DNA from: Phoronis australis
Taxonomy: Eukaryota > Animalia > Phoronida
NCBI GenBank assembly: GCA_002633005.1
Contig: NMRA01000224.1
Span: forward strand, 528,281 to 592,280
Length of the DNA stretch: 64,000 bases
Direction: 5' to 3'
Shown piece after piece: positions 49,207-62,588 of the stretch. Under the pieces are notes generated by a model. That model was not told the DNA's origin and searched no databases. It saw nothing but the letters and a program-made list of their open reading frames with translations. A program made the position numbers and the translations under genes. The stretch's first letter is position 1. Each line of letters begins with the position of its first letter.

Positions 49207-49618
49207 TCAACATAAATCACAGAGTATACCGTGCTCCCTCAAGTACTGAAGGTACTCTTCATTCAAGTTTTTATCAGGGAAGGTTGGATGAAAACAGGGA
49301 AAATGACAATATCGATGACAGTTGTTACACCTTAAATAGATGTTACCGTTCACCAACGTTATCACGAACCCTGCCTCTTTCAGTTCTTGTTCCTGGAATC
49401 TGAAGTAATATTGAACCGTAGGGGAAAAAGACATACAACAAAAGCGAATCAAATTTCGAAAATCATCGCATTCGTACGATTTCGTGTTGCTGTCGCCAGA
49501 CTGATAATCCTCCCCAACATCAATGTCGAAAATCCATGTTACAACTGATGGAAACTTGTGTCCTTTGTTTCTAACTTTTGATCCATTTTCTAAGAAAGGG
49601 GTGTCAATATGACGCCAT
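49207..49618 (-). pseudogene. Disrupted small Cys/His-rich (PHD-like) zinc-finger ORF, probably TE or virus-derived
   Basis: ...FCC...YLRCNNCHRYCHFPCF...ILCDLC*; upstream aatATGGCG start followed by stops and a frameshift. Confidence 0.45.
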
Positions 49619-50798
49619 ATTGGAGAGTGCTACACAAGACAAAAATGGCGGGAAACACTGGGAGCCCTACGGCATCAGCCAGGAAATGCGGGGGCTCGCA
49701 GTGTTATGCCTGCAGCCAAAGAGTTATTTTTGGTCCTGCCTTTGGGTCATGAGTTTTTTGGTTCGATCATGGAGTTTAGTGGTGCTGCAACTAGGTTTTT
49801 ATGTTCTGCCAACATAGTTTAAGCGGAGAGACTATATACATGTACGTTGTTTTCACATCAGTCTTGGTGATTGTGACCATATAAGATCAATTAAAAATAT
49901 AATTATTGACCACCATATGCTGTTATCCAATGATGATGCTGTAAATAATTAGTATTAATGGCAATCATTTGTATATTTTTTGTACTGAAAAATAACATCC
50001 TCGAACCTACTCGCCAGCCGGGGCATCAAAATCAGTACATGTAAATGAATAGTGTATCCTCTTTGAAATATATACTGCTTTAAAAACTCATTTCTTACTA
50101 TGTATTCCAAAATCGGATGTTTTCTGTTGTATCAAAACAAACAAATCCCTGCAAAATCTGTACTTATTTCGAAGTTGACATTACAATTTTTTAGATTTAC
50201 AGTGCTTGCTTACGAGCTCTCTGTTTTGTGACGAAACTTACGTTAAAAGTAAAGTGCACAGTACCAAAATATCAAACCTGTACGACTGAATTACGCATCC
50301 AACCTTTACCCAAAATACAGAATTTCCCACTCGAAACCGAATAGAAATACAACCAACCGAGCCCGGTTAGTTTATTCACAGGGTTTAAACTTAATGTGAA
50401 GAATTTTCAGGCCATGAAAAAATGACCCCACGTCCGTGAAAACCTGTCCCGTCATTATTTAACCGTCGGGTTCCCCCGCAACTGCGGGTTGGCATAAGCA
50501 GACAGCGTGCGTGAGAGAATTTATTTTAAATTTCTCGGCTGAGGGTCGCGCAGTACGTATAGGATTAAGGGCGGGGATGGACAGGAACGGTTCGAAATAA
50601 TGTGTGGGAGCGGGGCTGATCTCTTTGTGAGCACACTATTACACGGTGTGGGGATACTACAAAACGCCAACAAGTGCCTGATCGGGGGCTCTTCAGATCC
50701 GTGAGAGGAGAATACCGTGCGTGAGAGAAGAATATTTGTACGTTGGCAATTCCGAGCGATGCACAAGAAAGGAATTGAGTGTTTTTTGCTTTTTACAT

Positions 50799-51309
50799 TA
50801 CGGCGTTCTCCCGTTCAGTCTAACTTGTTAAATTTTGTATCACAAGATGGGCGGATGACCGCTATACCCAATATCTTACACTGACGACTGATGAAGTCCA
50901 TTCTGGCAATTAGGGTTGGAGGGTCAGCTCTCTTTTGTTCGATAATTGCTCTAATCTCCGATAAGATCGTATCTTATATCCTCACAAGGCTGTGCTGTTA
51001 AAAATAAGTTAAGTTATAAAATATTTGAACATAAACCAATGACATTTATGAATTGCCCATCAAAGACTGATCAAGCTTATAGTTTTTGAATCACCAAAAT
51101 CCCCCAACTACAATCCAAGTTAAGACAGTCTATTCTGTCCGAACGTACCAACGTACTTGGTTTGCCTGTGCTCACATGTGATCGGTTATAAGCCTGGTAA
51201 TTTGTCTGCATGTTGTCCTACCAGGCAAAAGACTATGCTCGGCATTTAACAAAGGAACTAGATGTTATCACACGCCCACAACCTCTGTACTGAACGGGAA
51301 AACACCCTA
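50799..51309 (+). mobile_element. ~510-bp MITE, copy A (TA-flanked)
   Basis: TACGGCGTTCTCCCGTTCAG / CTGAACGGGAAAACACCCTA. Confidence 0.65.
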
Positions 51310-51862
51310 CCTGTCATTTATTTATATGACCCCAATGAAGTCATTTTTCACAGTAGTTCACATTAAATTTAGACCCAATTAAAAGTCACACAGGTCATAT
51401 TTTAATTTTCCAAAGTTACCCGGGGTCATTGTTCGACATTCTATGAAAAGGCTTATTGGGGCACCACGGAAGTACGTCCCGAGTGAGCGGCACGTCTCCT
51501 GGATATAATGTATATGCATTGAGTGACACGAATTATTTATTTTTTAGATATCGCAAGAAAAATTTACCCCGTTCGTTTACACGGCAGTTAGCCGTGTCAC
51601 GTGACTAGTAGCACTCTCCAGAATGGCGTCAAGTTGTCAGCTGCAGTAGCGCGTGCGCCCGGTCTATAATATTAATATGTCTATGGTAACACAATAAACC
51701 AGTGGCGGATCTAGGATACCATAAGGTGGGCAACATCCTCGGGAAACTGGGAAAAGCGCGATTGTATGTGCACAAGTGGCCCGATTGTTGCGTGGGGGCT
51801 GAGGATGTGTACCTTCTGTTCAGAAAATCTATTGATGGACTAAAAAAGAAACGGGAACATGA

Positions 51863-52382
51863 CACCGTTTTCCCGTTCAGTGACTTTTCCAGACGTAGGG
51901 GGCTCTGAGCGTGTGATAACATCTAGCTACTTTGTTAAACGCTAAGCACACTGTTTTGTCTGTTATGACAACAAGCAGACCAATTATCTACCAGGCTTAT
52001 TACAGACCCCGTGTGAACACAGTCAAACTCAGAGTGTACTCGGAAGGAATAGATTGTCGTAACTTCGGTTGCAGTTGGGCGATTTTGGCGATTCAAAAAC
52101 TAAAAATGATAACCATTTGACGAAGAATTCAGAAATTCTATTAGTTTATGTTCAAATGTGTTATAACTTAACTTTTATTTTTAGCAGCACAGCCCAGTCA
52201 GGGTAGATACGATCTTATTGGAGGCTAGAGCAATCATCGAACAAAAGAGAGCTGGCCCTCCAACCCTAAATGCCAGAATGCAGTTAATCAGTCGTGTAAG
52301 ATATTGGCTACAGGGGTAAACTCCCAACTTGTTGTTGGGCTATAGAGTCGAACAAGTTGGGAGCAACGGGAAAACGCCGTAA
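51863..52382 (-). mobile_element. ~510-bp MITE, copy B (inverted relative to A)
   Basis: Reverse-complement matches to A, e.g. CATTCTGGCA.TTAGGGTTGGAGGG.CAGCTCTCTTTTGTTCGAT. Confidence 0.65.
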
Positions 52383-52387
52383 TGCCT

Positions 52388-52476
52388 NNNNNNNNNNNNN
52401 NNNNNNNNNNNNNNNNNNNNNNNNNNNNNNNNNNNNNNNNNNNNNNNNNNNNNNNNNNNNNNNNNNNNNNNNNNNN
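52388..52476. other. Assembly gap (N run)
   Basis: Ns next to a poly-C run. Confidence 1.
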
Positions 52477-55209
52477 CCCCCCCCCCCCCCAAATCCGGCT
52501 ATGTAAAGTTTTGAAAATAAATAGAGCAGTAACAGGACTCCCAAAGAATCGAGCTGTTTTCGAAAATTTTGCGCTCATGGTGATCTGATTGGTTAATGCA
52601 CTTACGGCGGTAAAATGATAGATCAAGGATCGTGCACGTGTGCACTGTAGCAACACTTTGTATGTAGTTGCCCAAGCTGTTGATACAGTAAATTCCCTTA
52701 TTTGTGCCCATTGTGATTTGACCGCAACTTGAGCTTGTTGGGTTCTACCATATATTGTGCTGGCATAGGGACCCACATGTTGCTTACTCGAATGGGCTTA
52801 ATTTTACCAACTATTTCATATTGTGTAGGTGAAGTAAATAAACAAAGTGGGTGATTAACATCACCGGAATTTCATCATTAGTATCTTTTGCCGGGTGCTC
52901 AAATTTTCTTGATACTAGGGATTGTCACATTTGTAAGATAGAAGTGTTTCGGTATTTATACCGGACCAAAATTTAAAAAACGAAACCCGTGTTTAAATCA
53001 GGAGCTGCATAAAAGTAATTGCAGGCGGTCTGATACACGTTTTACCAGACGTGCGCAGGTAGCGCATGTGGGCCCATTGCACTGATCACTTGGAACCATT
53101 TTTATGGTTTATAAATATATAGTTAAACCGAGCTGAAGATTTTGAAACCTGATTCACGGCAATTTTTGGCAGTGGGATTGTCTAAAAAGTGCTCGTAAGT
53201 TAACAACAAAGTTTGATAGCAATGTACTGCAATTTTTTAGAAACTGCCATAGGTTACAGATGCGTAACAGAGCGTAAATTTGATGAATTCTAGCTTACGA
53301 TTTCAACTTTTTCGGACACCCGGTTTCAACCACTTTTTGGCTATAATAAGCGCCCACCCCCTTCCTGAAGCGAATTTTTCTAAGCGCCCTGGCAGCTTAG
53401 GGCGAATACGGTAATATTTCAGAAGGACCATATTTATTATCCTTTATGCACTGGACCCTTTTGTTACATTAGGAGTAGGATTGGTTCATTATGTACTCTA
53501 GAGGTGGCATAGGATTTTACAAAACTGGTTGAAGAATTTTGTTTTCGTCATAAACTTTGGTTTGAAAGTCTTAATTTTGGAAATGTTAGGACTTAAGGCG
53601 GAACTTTAAAAATCATTTGTCCGCTTATAAAAATTTAACATCAAAGAATAAAAACAACCTTCGGTGATCCAAATCCCGACGAAATGTGCGCATTCTGCTG
53701 AGATAGTAACCGCCTGATTACGGCCAGCGAAGATGCCCAATCTGGTTAATTCGCACACCCTTGTAAGGACAGGAGTTCGTGAATCACTATGTTTTGAAAG
53801 GTTTTTCTCCCACAGCCGATTATGGGGTCTCCGCACGCTATGGAAGCTAACGTTTTTGCATTAACACCAGATAATTTGTCCTGGTGAACCTAGTGAATAA
53901 TGACCTAACGGCTTGTGCGAAACAGCTGACCTGAGATTTCGTTCATTGAAAGCATACGGAGTTGGCGGTCCATATACTATAGTCTATGGCTTGATAGAGT
54001 CTTAGAACCTTTCCTAAAAACGCTTCTTCGTCTTGTCTACTATCGGTGATCAAGTCACCGTTAATGAACTCAGTTTGCACTAAATGCAAGAAAGTTATAA
54101 ATCTTAAATAGCCTTACGGTAATTGGGAGATTTCAGTAACCAATGTTTCCTCAGGCGGACTTTTCTAACTTCTGCTACATCTTTTGGCGTTTGTGTATCT
54201 TAATAACATGAAAATCGCAGTTACGACACTGAATACCATAAATTTCATTTGAAGTTCTTTGTTTTGACTGTGCCTTTAGGGTGCACAAGATTTTGTTTCA
54301 ATGTACCTTGGAGTGTCCGGAAACATATCTAGGCCACATTAAACATCTCTTAAAGCACGGTTATCTCAAAATGGACGACTCAGCTAGGCCTGGTGACACC
54401 TATGACTCGGCTGTGTTCACCCACTGGGAAGACTTGGGTCATACCTCTGGATGTAGTGCATCTTTTAATATTCGAGACAAGTACAAAATGATTTGAACGT
54501 CAGGTAAAGAAACTTATTTTTGAAAGATTTGAGTATCCTTCCTTTAACAGAAGCACTGGACTAAGATTCAATCTATCACATACGTAGGAGCTGATATTTG
54601 GTTAAAAATTTTCCGCCGGTTGCGTCAGGATCCACAACCCAACATGTGTCGCAGAAGCTTGAAAGAGTCGGCAGATCTATAATCTCTCTTTTTTCCGTTC
54701 TGCCACGTCGATGTATGCACTTGTTTTGTAGTGTACCTCTTTAGCCGTGCATGGTGAGGACATGTCCCTTGACTATGAGCTATAAACAGTTCAACAGCAA
54801 TCAGTGTCTTCTTGTGAACCATTCAATGAAAGCACTCTCTTAACTGTCGTATTTACATATCTACGGCTTCAGTCTACATGTAAAAGCGACAACTGTCGAG
54901 TGCTTAATTGACTAGAGAACCAATTAAACATGATAACGGGCTTGCATAACAGACGTTTATTACTTTGTCGAACACCCACATCAGCGTCTTCTGTGCAGGC
55001 GACTTCGTTTGCTGACGCAATTGACTATTATTTTACATGTATGTTGTTATATCCGGCTACGTTGGTGACCACCGGTTTAACCCGAAGGCAAATCTAAATT
55101 GAAGTTGCTAATTGTTTCAGGGCGAGTTCATTAATTAAACACTTAACGATACATGAATGTCATGAACGCACATTCGTAAGTTTTACAAAGAGTATCCTCA
55201 TGGAGCATG

Positions 55210-55592
55210 TTGTTATCAGTATCACTGTCACTGTCACTATTACTACTACTATTATCATTATCATTATTATTATCATCAACATCATCGTCATTATCATCAT
55301 CATCATCATCGTCATCTTCATTATCATCATCATCATCGTCATCATCCTCGCCATTAGCATCATCTTCATCATCATTGTCATCTTCATCATCATCATCATC
55401 ATCATCATCATTGTCACCATCATATTCATCATCATTGTCATCATCATCTTCATCATCATTGTCGTCATCATCGTCATCATCGTCATCATCATCATCTGTA
55501 GTAGTAGCACACTGTAGTAGTATTGTTGTTTTCGTTGCCGTTCTTATTATTATCATCATTATCATTACCATTTTCATTATCATTATCATTAT
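55210..55592. repeat. Degenerate (CAT/TAT)n trinucleotide microsatellite
   Basis: Long ATC/ATT/GTC runs; produces poly-D/S/I/M pseudo-ORFs in several frames. Confidence 0.95.
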
Positions 55593-56035
55593 TTGATTTG
55601 TACATGCACGCTGTGATGTTCAAATGTGTGTCCCCAACTGCGATTTTAATCTGAGATAGACACAAATTGCACCTGGACACGCCAAAATATCGAATATGTG
55701 CAGTTCACTTTGAAATGCAGTTCAAACATGGGAAACGTGTATTTGAAGTATTGCCTCGTCTTGCTTCAAAAGGCAACTTTTTTCTCCTTGCGCTACGCTC
55801 TGAAAAACAATGTCCCAATATAATAGTCATGCGACTGATAATCCCGTTGTTGTGCACACTCTACACGGTTAAAGGTTTGCCATTAAGAGAGACCAACTGA
55901 AACTAACAAGCTTACATGAAAACACAATAAGTAAATTGTTGATATCTAACAGCAGCAACATGTATAACATAAAGTTGAAGCTAACTCTGGTGAAGGAAGT
56001 AAATGTGTGTATTTAGGCCCACGTGTTAATACCTG

Positions 56036-56320
56036 AAGCTACGCACACTGGTTGATCTGTAACGTCGAAAATTGAGTGTCCCAACCACCGTTTCAGAAGG
56101 AAACGTCTGTTAGGTCCAAATAATGAAATGTCGGTGTTTTGTGTCACGTTGTTAGGGTGTGGGAAGGGTTACAAAACCCAAGCTACGCCCACTGGTTGAT
56201 CTACAACGTCGAAAGTTGGGTGTCCCAACCACCGTTTCAGAAAGAAATGTTTGTTAGGTCCAAATAATGAAATGGTGTTTTGTGTCACCTTGTTAGGGTG
56301 TGTGAAGGGCTACAAAGCCC
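56036..56320. repeat. Tandem duplication, ~143-bp unit x2
   Basis: AAGCTACGC.CACTGGTTGATCT...GTTAGGGTGTG.GAAGGG.TACAAA twice. Confidence 0.9.
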
Positions 56321-56741
56321 GAAAATGAAAAACTTTGCACGAAAATGTTATAGAATTGATTCTAAAGAGATGTGTAGATCCGCCATTTACGACTACTCCA
56401 AGTGCAGCTGGCTAGTGACGAGAGAAAACATGATGACGCTGGCAGTTTTCACCCCAAAGCAATCATTGACATAGGATGAACCGAGAGACAGAATATTCAG
56501 ACTGACAAAACCTTTTAAATTTAAGGGATCGGGTGAACGTTGGGTAAACCAGTCCAATTTTTTTATAAATCCAATGTCTGAAAGGTACCTGATTTTTTAA
56601 ACTGAAATTTAAATTTGTTCGCTTGCTTGTATTATCACAAGCTAAACACTGACGTTCATTCTCTGAGTCAATGTTTGACTTTGAGTTTTATACTCTTTAT
56701 ACTCTTTGGAAAATACCAATGCAAAGCAACCCGACACTAAA

Positions 56742-56813
56742 CACGGGCGGCGCGCACCATAAGGGACTGGGGGACTATGGTCCCCCACTTATTTCATTGC
56801 TGCGCCGCCCATG
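56742..56813. mobile_element. 72-bp hAT-like MITE, 5-bp TSD CTAAA
   Basis: CACGGGCGGCGC / GCGCCGCCCATG; same family as 12003-12152. Confidence 0.85.
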
Positions 56814-59800
56814 CTAAAGTGTGTGAATTCTTGCTGAATTTATTTGCAGAAATTAATATGTCGATTACAAAAGGATAACTGAAGTCAATGTGTTCACGAG
56901 ATAACGAGATCTATTTGTGTACCTGACGTTTATTTATATATTCAACTGATCTGTTATGTCAATACATCATCCAAGGTGAGAAAAGAACAGATTATTTGCT
57001 GGTCAAAATTCGTATGGTTATCAAAGTTCATTTAATCAGATGTCAAAATATGTAGGTCAAATTAACGGCAGAGATGTGAACTACTGGGTATAAATTTATC
57101 TAACATGTAAATCAGCCGTGCTAACACTGTAAGCTCAGGTATGGAACCATTTAGAAACCATAGTTATGTGAGTACCACACACCATCTAACTGTTGGAACA
57201 GTTTGAAAATGTTATTTCCCGAGTTTCGTTCTCAGTTTTTAAACGTTTTGACATCCAAATGAAGTTTTGTTTCTTTGTTGACTTCGATGTTGGTTATGTG
57301 TGAGGCTTGTATCTTGCACTAGATGTTTCTTTTCAGAATTGTTTTAGGCATGCAGTTCCCTGGTTCTTCAATACATGTAGGTATTGCTCATTGGAAATTT
57401 TAATCAAAACACTGTAGCACAATGAACCGTATGTTCATAAAAAATATGTTTTGTTTAGTTTAAAGTCTCCTGCAGCGCCACCGTGTAGCATCGTTGTTTC
57501 ACTTAAAGTTTTGAGGTATAATCCCTATTTATATGATTTAATTGCGAATATCTAAGGTTTATACACGATGACTCTAGGGACTGGATTGAGTTGGAGGACA
57601 GCTTTAACGAGAATACTCACTGACGCTAACTTAATTTGTACTAGTTACTTTGAAGTTTTCATGCAGCGCTGGTCTCCGAAGTCTTAGAGACACGTTATTA
57701 GGTCAATACATGTAACTTTGTCAAATCTGATTGAACAATCGCAGTAGATTAATGAAGGAAAATGTAAAGGCGAGAGTTTCGTAAGTTCGGCAGCAGCTTG
57801 ATTTGATTTGCCAGTGTAGAGTAAATACGCAAAGTGGACGTTGTTACGTCGCCTATAATCTTTGTTCAAAAACACAGTCAGGGCAGAGTTGTAAACAACA
57901 GGACGCCTGTAATTGCCGCCTCAACAACGTTGTTCAGGAACAACGCCAAGGATGTACGCGTAAATAAACATTTTTAGAGAATTCTCGCGTCGACCATAAC
58001 GTACATTGTTGAGGAAACGATTCATTATACTAAATACAATGCATGAAGAAAAAATTACGGACGTGAACAGTGATAGGAAACGATTTATCATCATTGAGGC
58101 TCCTGGATATTGTTTCATTTCACATCAAGCTGTTAGTGTTCATTTACAGTTTATGAATCAGGATAAAACTAAAGACATTGATAAGTAAATCTAAGCAATA
58201 AGTGGCCCTATTTTGAAAAAAATTTTATTTCTTAATATTTTTGTCGGTGACCGTTTCGATTGCTAGACTGTGAATGGTTAGAATCTCTCGAAACTCAAAA
58301 ATAAGCAGACGGGAAAAATCTGCTGGAAATTAATATAAATTCATGTACTCGTTTTATATTGTCTCAGAGTGCGAACATATGGTTAAAATTTTATGTCACC
58401 GAGAATGGCCCGGTTAAAACGTGAGCATATTTTCTAATAGCTTCCTGCACCTTGAACATATCACTTTAAATATTGTAATAACACTGAAATATGTCATATC
58501 TGGAAGTTATTTAGATATCGTGTCCGAGTTTACTCGACGAGCCTATGTAAACAAGTAGCAGTTGCCTGCTTTAAGAACTACACAATGTAAACACCGATGA
58601 ATTACAAATATTTTAATGCCACTACAAACTTCTTTAACGTTTTTTTTTTCCTTCGTTTAGACCACTCACCGTGAGGGAACTGTTCTCAAAGTGCGCCTTA
58701 TTTGAATTTCAGGTGATTCGGTCAAGCCCAAACAGGGTCTCTATCCAAAACACTCCAATGGTCGTGATTCTCCGTTTAGATTCTGTTTACATGTATACAA
58801 GAAAGAAAACATGTAAATTTTCATGAAACTATATCCCTTACATAACGAATGAATTCCACTTAAGCAGGTCAACGTAAAAGAAAAGACAGCCGTCAGGTAG
58901 TTGCACTATGTGTGGCATCGGCATCTAACTTATGACTTCAGGCACTTTTCAATTGAATTTCATCGAGATATCAGTAGATATGAAGTATCGCTCAAGTATC
59001 TTATGTTCGGGGTTGTAATTTACAATGTCACATGAAACAAATCTCTTTAGCATTTTTCCAAACATGGCTGAAGCTGATAGAGAAATAACACTGGACAAAT
59101 GAGCGTGCAAGCAGCCGCAATACCCTGAAAAAGTGGGGGAAAATCGAACAATTGCCACGGGACGCAAAACACTGTCAAGGGGACCCTTAGCACGACAGTT
59201 TAACCCCACCACTGTCCACAAATCCCTTACTACGCACCACAATAACTTTAACAACGTAAAAACTCTTACCACGGAACATGAAATATACCCACAATTTTTA
59301 GTGCAAATGATTGAAAATAAACAGTTTTCATTTTACGTCTATGAAAGGCAAGTCATAATCTTCTGCACTATGTCTACAACAACGTGTCATATGAATAATT
59401 CAAATCTGAATGAAACCAAGTACAAGTAAGAAGCACATCTCTGAGTAAAATGAGCCCACTGGTGCCAAACTATAAAAGTGTCAAGTCTTCCTGGATACGG
59501 GCAGTGCCTCTAGCGACTAAATGTAGTCACTACACTGAATGGTCCTAGTAGGTAGGTTGCGAATTTTTGATGATCAAGGTCAAGTTTAGAGTTGTGCCCC
59601 CGTGGTAAGGGTTCTGCTTCCTGTCACCAGCGGTGAGGGCCCCACTCAATTGTATCGAGGAAGACAATTCCCGGTATAAGAAACGCTCCCTCCGTTTTTG
59701 CTGTTCTCAAGAAATTAATTTTTACTATAGTCAATGCGTATGTGTAGTTAGAATTATGTAATCTAAATGAAGGAATGAAAGAGAATCACGAAGTATGCGT

Positions 59801-62170
59801 TTTTAACAGAACCACCGTGTGTATAATGTGACGCTGTAAATGACACACATCGTCATGACAGCAATATGTTTTATTGTGCCAGAGTACTTGTTGATTGAAG
59901 TGGTATCACGATACTCAACGTAGATTCCAATGGGACATTAGAGGCGCGCATACACCGGTCCATGCACATCCCTAGACGTTCAAATATCAATATTTTCGTA
60001 TATGGGTAAAACAGCATTCGTTAGCATTGGATTTTTTTAGGAAATTACAAACCCTAACCTTAAGTAAATGTATATCGATTGCGTATAGTTATGACAAGAC
60101 TCGCCTCACTCAAATATTTATGTATCGCCTTTTTGTTCTCCTGTTGTTATTTGTATGATGTTAATGACTGGTATTTCTCTCCCCTTCCTTTAAATTTACA
60201 GTTAATACAATGATTACAGGGTATTGCCAGAGTGAGATAGCTGGTCATTGACATCATCAGAATATGTTTTTGTGCCCCTATTTGTTAGAACCTTTCAAAA
60301 CATCAACTTCGTCGCCAGAGTGCGCTGCAGTCAATGTTCATCGGTCATCTGGTTGAAACTGACATGAGGTAGAATCTTTGACATGTCTCATTATCCGCCG
60401 TGGTTTGGATAAGATAGACGAATTGATCCAACAGTTTGTTCAAAGGTTATTGTGGTCACTATATGCCGTAAGCAACCTCTTACTGTACAACATAAATTAA
60501 TAGAGTAAAAAGACATTTGATGATTTGATGGCTGCGGACATTAAGCTGTGTTCCCGGGGGGTACCAACCTCGAGGGTGCATACGTGACCTTTTATGTTTA
60601 TTCACGACCAAATACCTCACGAAATGTTGTCTTTTCAGCTTAACTTTTTTTCAAACGGATACATTTACAAAACACTCTGCCTTTGTATCGAAAATTTTCT
60701 GAAGATTTTCATGTTACAGTACAGAGAGTGGTTAATTAATTTTTAATGCAATGCATAATTAATTTGCCTGGTTTTAAACTACTACTGTGAATTATGTTTA
60801 GGGAAATAGTCAACAATAGTGTGCGTTCAATGGTTACAATCCTGTATGGTGCGTGTGTCTTTTTGTGGTATCCTGATTTCTAGCAGCACATCAGCGTTGC
60901 AAATTATCGTGGAGAGGCCCCGGGATCGATCTCAGACAACGCTTGCCTTGTATTGAGCGTTAAACGGTGTATCTGCCACGAGCACTTTTCAATATTCTGT
61001 CTGTAGTGAAATCGTCAGCGCATCTGATACAATTCAAAATTGTACTTTGAAACTCGAAATCCTGATAATGGCCGAAGTGGAACCGTTTAATGTCAATAGT
61101 ATCGATCCCGGAATGTTTTGATATCCCCAATGATTGCAGTATTCTAAAGTTATATAAAATGTTTCCAACTTAATGAAGTGTTGCAGTCATTTAGTCAGTC
61201 GTACATGGATTTACATGTATGCTGAGGACCACCGCTTACGATGTAGCGCGAATTTGATCTGATTTCGAGAACCTGTCGGCTGTTTGATTGTGGGTGAATT
61301 TCGGAGTTTTTTTAATTCAAAGCCTTAGACGGTTTCAAATATATTATTTCTCGCTGCACAACGTTTGGCCAGTGTTGCCTTTGTTATAAAAGGCATTATC
61401 AAATTTGTCTTGAGTCGTGACCACTGCTATTCATCCAAGTGTTGTCAATTCTTAAAAAGAGTAGGCAGATACGTACATGTGTGGACAGTTTCCTAGAACA
61501 TCTTCATTTTTCACCGTCAGTTCATTTCGTAATTCTATATTTCCCATCGATTAATTTAAGCTGTTTGTTCTAATTTTGCACGTACTATTTTTACCACTAT
61601 GCTTGAGGTCTACAATGTACATAACCCACAACACTGTTTATATATATTCTGATGTTCAAATTCCAAATATTTGATTCTTATGAATTCGATTTTGGTTTAG
61701 AATTACATGTTTGTGCTTTTCGCAGTACGCAAAACATCGAGTAAGTGATGCCAGTGTATCTGAAAAAACGTCATCAGATTTTATTTGATAAAAATGTTTA
61801 AGGTTACATGCCACACATACTTTAACAGTTTTCTAAATTATACCTTTTCGTTTCCGTTTTATGCGATTTGAAAGATTTTTTATTAAAATTATAAAGGTCC
61901 TATTTCGTACAAAAGTGGAAATTTGTAAGAACAACTCATAGCGGCGTTTTGAAAACCGTGAATACATCATAATACCTGAATATTGCCATACATGTATGAA
62001 CCCAAGCAGTCGTTTCTGAGATGCAGTATGATATTCCGAAGATAACTAAAAGTTGGGCATTTTTCTAGAGTCCTGCATAACCTTAAGCAACCAATGATAA
62101 CTTTATGCGTCAATGACACGACGCAACACAATACAGGTGCAGTGTGTATATCAAGTTGTCTGATTATAAT

Positions 62171-62208
62171 CAATTACCTGCTGGTATTAAAATACCAGCA
62201 GGTAATTG
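62171..62208. repeat. Perfect inverted repeat with 18-bp arms
   Basis: CAATTACCTGCTGGTATT-AA-AATACCAGCAGGTAATTG. Confidence 0.9.
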
Positions 62209-62249
62209 GTTCCGAAAATTAGTCATGGGTCCGTCGTCTAATGTTATTA

Positions 62250-62588
62250 CTCGATATGGAACTCGAAATTACGTCTTAGTGACTACTCGTCTGCGTCCAA
62301 GCACATTATGATTTGTGCTTACATTCCAGGTTTGCACTTTGTGACCCCTATATTTGTGCTACAAACTCCGTATTTCGAGTGATAACTCGTAACTTTGAGT
62401 TAAAACTTGAAACCTTAGCTCTTATGCTGGGGTTTTCAAGAGCAAATTAGGATTAGAAAGTTATCCACGTCATCCGTTATCTACTTGCGCATAGAATAAT
62501 AGACACTTATCTGAAGTTTGCACAAAAGTAGAGTAGAAAATGTCAAAAATATTTGCGAGCTCGATTTCGAGTAAAACCCGGGTCCTGG
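62250..62588. mobile_element. MITE family Y, copy 3 (diverged)
   Basis: GCATAGAATAATAGACACTTATCT...CAAAAGTAGAGTAGAAAATG as in 23038-23090. Confidence 0.65.

Noticed and set aside
54280-54503. Exon-like block with AG and GT boundaries
   Set aside because: Stops in the frames examined before the donor, no partner exons, no recognisable motif
55143-55596. Poly-Asp, poly-Ser, poly-Ile and poly-Met ORFs (could suggest an acidic biomineral protein)
   Set aside because: Open in several frames only because of a trinucleotide microsatellite; no signal peptide or splice context seen
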